Assembly (NCBI GenBank): GCA_038209745.1
Contig: JBBQXJ010000001.1
Span: 103,358 to 167,357, forward strand
Source: Verrucomicrobiota bacterium
GTDB lineage: Bacteria; Verrucomicrobiota; Verrucomicrobiia; Limisphaerales; CANJSG01
Length of the DNA: 64,000 nucleotides
Direction of reading: 5' to 3'
Shown piece after piece: positions 36,762 through 44,508 of this stretch. Under the pieces are notes generated by a model that was not told where the DNA came from, did no database searches, and saw nothing but the letters and a program-made list of their open reading frames with translations. The position numbers and the translations under genes were made by a program. Each line of letters opens with the position of its first letter. The stretch's first letter is position 1.

Positions 36762-37961
36762 TCAGATCAAGTGCCCCATCTTGTCCTTCTTCGTCTTGAG
36801 GTATTTCGCGTTGTGCGGATTCGACTTCACCCGGATGGGCACCTGCTTGGTGATCTCCAAGCCGTAGCCTTCGAGACCCACGACCTTCTTCGGGTTGTTG
36901 GTCAGGAGCTGGATGGTTTTCAGCCCGAGGTCGCAGAGGATCTGGGCGCCGAGCCCGTATTCGCGGAGGTCGGAGGGGAAGCCGAGCTTCAAGTTGGCCT
37001 GCACCGTGTCGAAGCCCTTTTCCTGGAGCTTGTAGGCGCGGATCTTCGCGGGCAGTCCGATGCCGCGCCCTTCCTGGCGCATGTAGAGGATGACCCCGCT
37101 ACCGGCATCGGAAATCTGCTGCATCGCCTGGTGCAGCTGCGGGCCGCAATCGCAACGGCGGGACGCGAAGACGTCGCCAGTGAGGCATTCGCTGTGGACG
37201 CGGACGAGGACGTCGCGTTTACCGGACACGTCCCCTTTCACCAGCGCGAGGTGGTGTTGGCCGTCGGTCGTGGACTGGTAGAGGTGCAGGTTGAAGTCGC
37301 CGTAGTCGGTCGGCATCTTGATGGTCTCGATCCGTTCGATCAGCTTTTCGCTGCGGCGCCGGTAGCTGATGAGATCCTGGATGGTGCAGACCTTCAGCTT
37401 GTGCTTCTTGGCGAACTTCCCCAGCTCGGGCAGCCGCGCCATCGTGCCGTCGTCGCTCATCACCTCGCAGATGACGCCGACCGGCTTGAAGCCCGCGAGC
37501 CGGGCGAGATCCACGGCCGCCTCGGTATGGCCGGCGCGCTGCAGCACCCCGCCCTCCTTGGCCCGCAGCGGGAAGATGTGGCCGGGTTGGACGAGGTCCA
37601 GCGGCTTGGTCGCCGGATCCACCATCAGCTCCACGGTGCGGGCGCGGTCGGCGGCGGAAATGCCGGAGGCAATGCCCTTGGCCGCGTCGACGCTGACCTG
37701 GAAGTCCGTTTTGAAGGTCTCGCGGTTGTTCGCGACCATGCGCTCGATGCCCAGTTCTGCGAGGCGCTCGGCGGTGGTCGGGACGCAGATCAATCCGCGG
37801 CCGAAGCGGGCCATGAAGTTGATCGCCTGCGGCGTGGCCTTCTCGGCGGCCATGATCAGGTCGCCTTCGTTCTCACGGTCCTCGTCGTCGACGACGATGA
37901 CCATCTTGCCGCGGCGGATGTCGGTGAGGGCTGATTCGATCGAATCAACGCGGGTTTTCAT
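36762..37961 (-). CDS. ribBA: Bifunctional DHBP synthase / GTP cyclohydrolase II
   Basis: 'VVDDEDRENEGD', 'RAGHTEAAVDL', 'VRVHSECLTGDVFASRRCDCG', 'QEGRGIGL', 'LLTNNPKK'. Confidence 0.97.
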   Translation of the reverse strand: MKTRVDSIESALTDIRRGKMVIVVDDEDRENEGDLIMAAEKATPQAINFMARFGRGLICVPTTAERLAELGIERMVANNRETFKTDFQVSVDAAKGIASGISAADRARTVELMVDPATKPLDLVQPGHIFPLRAKEGGVLQRAGHTEAAVDLARLAGFKPVGVICEVMSDDGTMARLPELGKFAKKHKLKVCTIQDLISYRRRSEKLIERIETIKMPTDYGDFNLHLYQSTTDGQHHLALVKGDVSGKRDVLVRVHSECLTGDVFASRRCDCGPQLHQAMQQISDAGSGVILYMRQEGRGIGLPAKIRAYKLQEKGFDTVQANLKLGFPSDLREYGLGAQILCDLGLKTIQLLTNNPKKVVGLEGYGLEITKQVPIRVKSNPHNAKYLKTKKDKMGHLI

Positions 37962-38047
37962 TTGAGCGCGAAGATAGCCGGGGGCCGCCGCGCCGCCAGC
38001 GGCAAAAAACTGCGGGCCCGGACCGGGAGCGCGCCGGTCGAAACCCG

Positions 38048-39289
38048 TCATCCCTCCGCCGTCCGCCGCCGCCCCACCAGCCACTCGAAGATCGGCGACG
38101 CCATCAGGGTCGTCACCACCGCCATGATGACAAGGGTGGCGAAGAGCGCCGGCGAGATGATCCCGCGCTGCAGGCCGATATTGATGATGATGAGCTCCAT
38201 CAAGCCCCGGGCGTTCATCAGGGTGCCGATGCCGAGCGCGTCCCGGTTCGAAATGCCCGTCGCCCGGGCCGCCAGCCAGCAGGCCACGCCCTTGCCCCCG
38301 ACCGCCGCCAGAAAGACCAGACCCGCCATGCCCCAGAGAGACCCGGAGTCGAGCAGGCCGATCTGCGTGTTGAGCCCCGAGTAGGTGAAGAACAGCGGCA
38401 ACAGCAGCGCCACGGTCAAGGGCTGGATCCGCGCGATCAACGCCTCCGCCACCACCCCGCGCGGCATGGCGATGCCCATGACGAACGCGCCGAAGACCGC
38501 GTGCAGGCCGATGGCGTCGGTGAACCAGGCTCCGAGCACGAGCAGGATCAGGCAGACCACGAATTCGCTGTCGGACAACGACCCTCGCCGATCCATGCCG
38601 CGCGCCCAGCGCGCCAGGATCGGCCGGACGACGAAGAGCGTGGTCGCCACATAGGCCGCGCCGCCGGCGATGTTCGTGATCGCGTGGCTCGCATCCCCGT
38701 CGAAGCTGGCCAGCACCACCGCCAACAGTCCCCAGGCCGCGGCGTCGTCGATCGCTCCGGCCCCCAGCGCCACCGTGCCCATCGTCGTTCCCGTCAGCCC
38801 CTTGAAATGGATGATCCGCGCCAGCATCGGAAAGGCCGTCACGCACATCGACGCCCCGAGAAAGACCGATGCCTCCAGCAGCGACGGCTTCCCGGGAAAG
38901 AGCGAGGTGTGCCGGTAGAAGAACCAGCCCAGCGCCGCCCCCAAAACGAACGGCGCGACCATGCCCGCCAGGGACACCGCCACCGCGCTGCGCAACCGCT
39001 TCCGCACGATGTCCACGCGGAACTCCAGCCCGACCACGAACATGTAGGCCGCCAGCCCGAGCTGTGACACGGGGAAGAGCACCTTCATCGATTCCGCCGG
39101 GAAGATCCTCGCCGAGAGATCCGGCCAGAAGAGGCCGAGCAACGACGGCCCCAGAAACACGCCGCCGATCATCTCCGCCACCACTTGCGGCTGGCCGAAA
39201 CGCCGCGCCACCAAGCCGACGGCCTGGCAGACCGTGAGGATCACGGCGATCTGGAGGAAGAACTGGACGGCGAGCTGCAGGCTGCTCAT
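38048..39289 (-). CDS. Cation:proton antiporter (CPA2)
   Basis: 'GQPQVVAEMIGGVFLGPS', 'TAFPMLARI', 'AIDD', 'LMNARGLMELII'. Confidence 0.92.
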   Translation of the reverse strand: MSSLQLAVQFFLQIAVILTVCQAVGLVARRFGQPQVVAEMIGGVFLGPSLLGLFWPDLSARIFPAESMKVLFPVSQLGLAAYMFVVGLEFRVDIVRKRLRSAVAVSLAGMVAPFVLGAALGWFFYRHTSLFPGKPSLLEASVFLGASMCVTAFPMLARIIHFKGLTGTTMGTVALGAGAIDDAAAWGLLAVVLASFDGDASHAITNIAGGAAYVATTLFVVRPILARWARGMDRRGSLSDSEFVVCLILLVLGAWFTDAIGLHAVFGAFVMGIAMPRGVVAEALIARIQPLTVALLLPLFFTYSGLNTQIGLLDSGSLWGMAGLVFLAAVGGKGVACWLAARATGISNRDALGIGTLMNARGLMELIIINIGLQRGIISPALFATLVIMAVVTTLMASPIFEWLVGRRRTAEG

Positions 39290-39494
39290 GGCCCGGGAGC
39301 CTGCCCGCGCCGTTCGCGGAACGGAAACAGGATTCCGCCGGTTCCGCAGGCGGGTGCGAGCCGTCGTCCAGCCTCAGATTTTCAGAAAACCGAGACCGGC
39401 GGCTCAATGCAGGCGGGAGATCGCCGATAGTCTACCTGAGCGAAGTCTCCAGTCACGGCCAGGGAATCCGACGGACGAACTGTTCCAAGAAATC

Positions 39495-40349
39495 ATGATC
39501 AATCTCCTGCTTGCCGAATCGGTGCCGATCCTCGTGTTTGGAACGGTCGCGGCCTGGATGATACGGAAGCGGCGTTCCCGCAACGAACGTCCTCCCGTGG
39601 CCTCGAAGCTCCTCCGTCCCGCCGGCCACTCGCTCGCCGTGCGGCAAGAGACACTGTCCGCGCAGTTGCAGGAATATCTCGCCCTCAGCCTGGTCGCCTG
39701 TGTCTTTTGCGGGGCGCTGCTGGAATACGCCCCGGCTCCGAGTCCGCTGGTCATCGCGGTTCTCGTCCTGATGACGGGAGCTGTCGCCGCCTTCTGCGTG
39801 GTCCAGGGCCTCCGCATCGCCACCAGGCTGCGCCGGGTCCGCCTCGGCCGACTGGGCGAACAGATGGTGGGCGAAGAACTCGAACCGCTGCGCGAAGACG
39901 GCTACCGCATTTTTCACGACTTCCCGGGCGGACCGAAATGGAACATCGACCACATCGCCATCGGATCCGGAGGAGTGTTCGTCTTCGAGACCAAGACGCG
40001 GAGCAAACGCCGGGCGGAATCCAAACAGCCCGAGCACGAAGTCCTGTTCGAGGAGGACACCCTCCGGTTTCCGTGGGGCAATGACTGCAAGGCCGCGTCG
40101 CAGGCCCGCTATTGTGCCGCCTCGTTGGGCAGGTTCCTGCGTGGATCGACCGCCGAACCGGTCGAGGTGGGTCCCGTGCTCGTTCTGCCCGGCTGGTATG
40201 TGACGACGAAAGGCCGGAGCGACGTCCGGGCCGTCAGCGCCAAAGGACTGGCCAAGGTGATCCGCAAATTCCCACCCATCCTGTCGGCCGGACAGATCCA
40301 ACGACTCGCGTTCCAAGTGGAACAAAAGTGCCGCGACGTTGAGTTCTGA
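39495..40349 (+). CDS. Membrane-anchored NERD (nuclease-related domain) protein
   Basis: TM segments then 'GRLGEQMVGEEL..YRIFHDF..WNIDHIAIGSGGVFVFETKT'. Confidence 0.85.
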   Translation: MINLLLAESVPILVFGTVAAWMIRKRRSRNERPPVASKLLRPAGHSLAVRQETLSAQLQEYLALSLVACVFCGALLEYAPAPSPLVIAVLVLMTGAVAAFCVVQGLRIATRLRRVRLGRLGEQMVGEELEPLREDGYRIFHDFPGGPKWNIDHIAIGSGGVFVFETKTRSKRRAESKQPEHEVLFEEDTLRFPWGNDCKAASQARYCAASLGRFLRGSTAEPVEVGPVLVLPGWYVTTKGRSDVRAVSAKGLAKVIRKFPPILSAGQIQRLAFQVEQKCRDVEF

Positions 40350-40357
40350 GGCGGGCG

Positions 40358-40517
40358 CGATGGGCAGGGCGCTGGGTCCCGCCAAGCCGCCGGTTGATAC
40401 GCTGCCGAATGGACAGTTGCTCTGGCGACAGCGGGGCGTTCCGGAGTTGCCAGAGTCGCCTCGGAGTAAGAAGTCCGTCCAAAGGCGGCTTGGCAGGAGC
40501 CGTCGCCCTACCCATCG
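40358..40517. repeat. REPIN-like inverted repeat pair (34 bp, 29/34 match)
   Basis: cgatgggcagggcgctgggtcccgccaagccgcc (40358-40391) vs ggcggcttggcaggagccgtcgccctacccatcg (40484-40517). Confidence 0.8.
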
Positions 40518-40810
40518 GCCCGCGAATGGAACACGGCTCCGTCCGCGGTGGTGAGGGTGCCGTCCGGATGGACGGTCACCGGGACGACGTATTCCTCGGT
40601 CGCGGTGGCGTCGTCGAAGTCGCGCTCGCCGTCGATGAATTCCTGGAGCCGCGTCATCATGAAATCCGCGATCTCCAACTGCGCCTCCCGTTCGGTGGCG
40701 AAGACGACGTAGCCGTCTTCATCGCTGACGCTGGGTGTCGGGCCTTGGAAGAAGGTGTTGAAGAAGGTGCAGAAGCCGGTCTTCAGCTCCTGGTTGGGAT
40801 CGCCGCTCAT
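40508..40810 (-). CDS. Hypothetical acidic protein (~100 aa)
   Basis: ATG at 40810 forms an ATGA overlap with the stop at 40807; protein-like sequence. Confidence 0.6.
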   Translation of the reverse strand: MSGDPNQELKTGFCTFFNTFFQGPTPSVSDEDGYVVFATEREAQLEIADFMMTRLQEFIDGERDFDDATATEEYVVPVTVHPDGTLTTADGAVFHSRADG

Positions 40811-41029
40811 CGCTGGGCCTCCATCTGAGTGCGAAACGTGTGGAGGATCCGGCGAAAGTGGGCGGCGATGGCGGCGGCATTCCTCGATGAGGAAGAACTC
40901 GTCGTCCGGCATCGTTTCAGTTCGCAGGTAGGCGACGGTGCGTTCCCATGGCTCGGCGCGCTGCTCCAATCCGTCGAGCAACTGGCCAAGATCGTGTTCG
41001 TCCAGTTCGAAGCGGTAGTTAGTGGCCAT
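40807..41029 (-). pseudogene. Small hypothetical gene with apparent frameshift
   Basis: 'MATNYRFELDEHDLGQLLDGLEQ...FFLIEEC' appears to continue in another frame as 'IAAHFRRILHTFRTQMEAQR*', which ends at the ATGA overlap. Confidence 0.5.
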
Positions 41030-41142
41030 GATCTGGCGAAACTACTTGGCCAGGATTGGGATCTACGGCAAGCCCGGTGTTCCAGACGTTCCGCGGAACT
41101 TCCGGCTTTCGCCCGGATTGGCGGTCCTGCCACCCTTGGAGG

Positions 41143-41940
41143 ATGGCAGCCGGAAAACGTTGGACGCGGGAGGAGTTGCTGGTGGCGTTGAATCTCTACC
41201 ACAAACTGACCTTTGGGCAGCTTCACGCAAGGCACCCTGCAGTTGTGGCCTTGTCGGCGAGACTGGGACGCGGACCCAACAGCATGGCCATGAAGCTGTG
41301 CAATCTGGCATCGCTTGATCCGGTTTTGAAGCTTCGCGGAATCAGGGGGCTTGAAGGGGCCAGCGAACTGGATCGAACCGTCTGGAACGAGTTTCACATG
41401 GATCTCAACGAGACGGTTCCGGCCAGCGAAGAGGCCTTGCGCGCCTTATTCAAGGCCAACGAAGGCGACGCTCTCGAAGTGCTCCCAAAGGAAGGAATCA
41501 GGCTCCGCAAACGAGAACCGACTGGACCGACGGAGACGATGGCAACGGTCAAGCAACGCAGAGGACAGGACTATTTTCGGGATGCCGTTCTGAACAACTT
41601 CGGCGGCCGCTGCGGCGTAACCCAACTGGCGGTCCGAGAGCTCTTGATCGCCTCACACATTCTGCCTTGGGGAACACACGTGCACCACCGGTTGAACGTG
41701 CGGAACGGGCTGTGTCTTTCTCGTCTTCACGATGCAGCGTTCGATCAAGGATTGATCGCCTTCGGCGAGGACTTGCGGATGGAGATTTCGCCCCGATTGA
41801 AAGCCGCACTTCCTCAGCGTTCTGTCGCAGAGAACTTCGGGGCTTTCGAGGGAACGGCCTTGTGCCTGCCCGATGACGCAGCCTTGCCGGATCCGGAGTT
41901 TCTGGCCGAACACAAGGCGAAGAAGTTTCGGAAGCGATAG
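41143..41940 (+). CDS. HNH endonuclease (putative restriction endonuclease)
   Basis: 'RRGQDYFRDAVLNNFGGRCGVT', 'LIASHILPW', 'NGLCLSRLHDAAFDQG'; GGAGG RBS directly upstream; lower GC. Confidence 0.9.
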   Translation: MAAGKRWTREELLVALNLYHKLTFGQLHARHPAVVALSARLGRGPNSMAMKLCNLASLDPVLKLRGIRGLEGASELDRTVWNEFHMDLNETVPASEEALRALFKANEGDALEVLPKEGIRLRKREPTGPTETMATVKQRRGQDYFRDAVLNNFGGRCGVTQLAVRELLIASHILPWGTHVHHRLNVRNGLCLSRLHDAAFDQGLIAFGEDLRMEISPRLKAALPQRSVAENFGAFEGTALCLPDDAALPDPEFLAEHKAKKFRKR

Positions 41941-42015
41941 CCACAAGCCAGTTGGGGTAGGCGACTATTCCCGCCGCCTACCCAGCGTAGCGCGAGCCGC
42001 GCAACTCTGGGCTAA

Positions 42016-42134
42016 CAGCCCGTCAAAAAACGCCCGGTCGGGGGACCGAGCCTCCAAAAATCTACGGATTTCCCAATCTTTCTGTAGGCCGCGTGCCCTC
42101 ACGCGGCGGGTGGATGGCCTTTTTTGACGGGCTG
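42016..42134. mobile_element. MITE (119 bp), perfect 15-bp TIRs, 4-bp TSD CTAA, nested in a REP-like element
   Basis: CTAA|CAGCCCGTCAAAAAA ... TTTTTTGACGGGCTG|CTAA. Confidence 0.88.
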
Positions 42135-42159
42135 CTAAGGGATGGAATCCCGTTGGGAT

Positions 42160-42735
42160 TCATTGATTGGTCCGCCCACCGTCGTGGCTGCGGAGGTTCT
42201 TCACGTTTTCCAGCACGAAGGCGGCGGGCTTGTGGTGGTCGAGGATCTCCGCGATGGAGAAGAAGAGGTTGCCCTGTTTTTCGTCCTGGAAACCGTGTTT
42301 GCGTCCGAGGCTGTTCTTCTTCGACACGCCGGCGAGGCTGAAGGGTTGGCAGGGGAAGCCGCCGCAGAGGATGTCGTGCGGCGGGATGTCGGCCACGGCC
42401 ACGCTGTGGATGTCGCCGTGGGGTTCTTAGCCGAAGTTGGCGGCATAGGTCTGGCGGGAATACTTGTCCCAGTCGCTGGAGAAGACGCAGCGCCAGCCGG
42501 CGCGCTCGAAGGCGAAGCGGAAGCCGCCGATGCCGCAGAAGAGATCGATGAAGCGCAGGGGATCCCCCTCGCGCCGGCGTTCTGCCCCGAGCGGAGTGGG
42601 AGACCCGGCGGTGCGATAGGCCGGGGAGTCTTCGCGGATCGCGTCCGCCGAGGTGACGCGGCGGACGCCCTTTTCCAAGGTTGATTCCGAGCCCCTCCGT
42701 CGGCGGCTACCAGTCTTTTTCTTGGAACCGCTCAC
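42160..42735 (-). pseudogene. dcm: Dcm/EcoRII-like DNA (cytosine-5)-methyltransferase pseudogene
   Basis: Motif I 'FIDLFCGIGG', motif IV '[12 protein letters not shown]', '[14 protein letters not shown]', motif VI 'LENVKNL'; in-frame TAA at 42427-42429; truncated after motif VI. Confidence 0.9.
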
Positions 42736-42959
42736 GCGTCGACTCCTTCGCAGAGGCGGGCGGTGGTGAGGCCGAGGGCCTTGGCGAGACGGGCGACGTT
42801 GCGGATGCCGGGATTGCGCAGGCCGCGCTCAATGCCGGAGATGTAGGTGGGATCGAGGCCGGATCGTTCGGCCAGCTTCTCCAGGGTGAGAGGCTTGGCC
42901 TCCCGGAAATGGCGGACGTTCCGGCCAAAGGCGGCGAGAACGGGGTCACGTTTCGGCAT
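42732..42959 (-). CDS. XRE-family HTH regulator, restriction-modification controller (C) protein-like
   Basis: 'FGRNVRHFRE..LTLEKLAERSGLDPTYISGIERGLRNP'; stop overlaps the methylase GTG. Confidence 0.88.
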   Translation of the reverse strand: MPKRDPVLAAFGRNVRHFREAKPLTLEKLAERSGLDPTYISGIERGLRNPGIRNVARLAKALGLTTARLCEGVDA

Positions 42960-43003
42960 GACTCATAGTCCATGCGGCAACGGAACGGAGTTCCATGGAC
43001 TAT
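42960..43003. promoter_or_regulatory. C-box-like operator GACTCATAGTC and a 10-bp inverted repeat
   Basis: GACT-N3-AGTC at 42960-42970 abuts the ATG; ATAGTCCATG (42965-42974) / CATGGACTAT (42994-43003). Confidence 0.7.
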
Positions 43004-43089
43004 CGGCCTGGATTGGGCCGCGAAGTCACGATGCGGGAGGTAGGCCAAAGGCTCTGCCGAGCCGACCTGGGGTGGACCCTTCCCGATGA

Positions 43090-43284
43090 GTCGGAACGAG
43101 GCAGTGAAACTGAATGGGGATCGCAGCCGCCCCGGCTGTCGTCCGACGCGCCCCGCGCCGGAGATGGACGCGTCCGGACCCACGAGGCGGTGAATCGTTT
43201 CCTGCGCCTCCGATGGACCGTGAGGACGCGGTCCACTGCGCCCGGGGCGGGCGCGCTCCCCCATCCCCACTGCCTCGGTCCGGC
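43090..43284. mobile_element. MITE copy B (195 bp), imperfect TIRs, 3-bp TSD TGA
   Basis: TGA|GTCGGAACGAGGCAGTG ... CACTGCCTCGGTCCGGC|TGA; inverted homolog of 33602-33770 with 26 extra bp. Confidence 0.8.
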
Positions 43285-43413
43285 TGAGGCGACCCGGGCA
43301 ACTCCGGAACGCTCCGTTCGTCGCCATCTCCTTCCGTCTTCGTCAGAGCTCGGCGATTGACCCGCTGAGAGGGCATCCTCTACGGTCCAGCCGAACTTTC
43401 CGCCCTTACCACT

Positions 43414-44259
43414 ATGAGATTCGGCATCAATTCCTTCCTCTTCACCTCCCCGTTCACCAACGCGAGCACCAAGCTTTTCAAGCAGTTCAAGAAGTGGGGC
43501 TTCGACTCCGTGGAACTGGCGATCGAGGATCCCGCCCACATCGATCCGGCCCACGTGAAGGCCGAACTGGACAAGGCGGGCCTCGTCTGCGGTTCCGTCT
43601 GCGCCGCGATGGGGCCGGGCCGCGACTTCCGCGGCACCGCCGAGGAACAGAAAACCGCGATGACCTACTGCACGGCGTTGATCGACCAGATGGTCGTGCT
43701 CGGCTGCCCCACGCTGATGGGCCCCGTCTACAGCGTCGTCGGCTTGATCGGATCGCATGACGAGGCCACGAAGAAGGAGCACTTCGCCCTCGTGGTGAAA
43801 AACCTGAAGGTGCTCGGCAAATACGCCCAGAAACGCGGCGTCCAGATCACCGTCGAGCCGCTCAACCGCTTCGAGACCGACTTCCTCAACACCGTCGACC
43901 AATCGCTCAAGCTGTTGAAGGCCGTGAACAACCCGGCGGTCCGTCTCCACCTCGACACGTTCCACATGAACATCGAGGAGAAGGACTCCGCCGAGGCGAT
44001 CCTCAAGGCCGGCAAATACCTCGGCCACTTCCATGCCTGCGGCTGCGACCGCGGAACGCCGGGCAACGACCACATCGACTGGAAATCGATCGCCAAGGCC
44101 CTCAAGGCGATCAAATACGACGGCGACGTGGTCATCGAGAGCTTCACCACGGATGTGAAGGTCATCGCCCGCGCCGCCGCCATCTGGCGGAAGATGGAGC
44201 CGACCAAGAACGAGATCGCGGTCAAAGGCCTCAAGTTCCTGAAGAAGGCCTTGAAGTAG
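43414..44259 (+). CDS. Sugar phosphate isomerase/epimerase, D-tagatose/D-psicose 3-epimerase family
   Basis: 'EPLNRFET', 'HLDTFHMNIEE', 'GHFH...DRGTPG', 'VIESF'. Confidence 0.92.
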   Translation: MRFGINSFLFTSPFTNASTKLFKQFKKWGFDSVELAIEDPAHIDPAHVKAELDKAGLVCGSVCAAMGPGRDFRGTAEEQKTAMTYCTALIDQMVVLGCPTLMGPVYSVVGLIGSHDEATKKEHFALVVKNLKVLGKYAQKRGVQITVEPLNRFETDFLNTVDQSLKLLKAVNNPAVRLHLDTFHMNIEEKDSAEAILKAGKYLGHFHACGCDRGTPGNDHIDWKSIAKALKAIKYDGDVVIESFTTDVKVIARAAAIWRKMEPTKNEIAVKGLKFLKKALK

Positions 44260-44289
44260 TCCGGCGGCCGCCGACGGGAATTCTCCATT

Positions 44290-44325
44290 GGGGGCACCAG
44301 ACTGATCTGGTGCCCCCGCTTGTTT
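44290..44325 (+). terminator. Probable intrinsic terminator
   Basis: 12-bp stem GGGGGCACCAGA-ctga-TCTGGTGCCCCC followed by gcttgttt. Confidence 0.6.
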
Positions 44326-44508
44326 CCGGGTCGAACCGGCGCGGAGAAGGATCGGCTCGCGTCGCCACCCGCAGCCGCCGATGGATGAGTCGGGCTGGAT
44401 TGTGCGGCGCGCCTGTCCTAGCGTCCGGCCCGAGCGTTCAAGACGAGCTCTCGAAATGTCGAGACCGCGAGCGATCCGGCCCCGTTGCATCCGTCCCCCA
44501 ACCCTGCC

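Noticed and set aside
37962..38047. FMN riboswitch upstream of ribBA
   Set aside because: Spacer of only about 85 bp with no RFN consensus visible
36762..39407. 881-aa RibBA fusion; similar N-terminal extensions of PyrB (32988), ARC (50892) and the 23882-28177 ORF
   Set aside because: The extensions overlap other real genes and are low-complexity; downstream ATGs give normal-sized proteins
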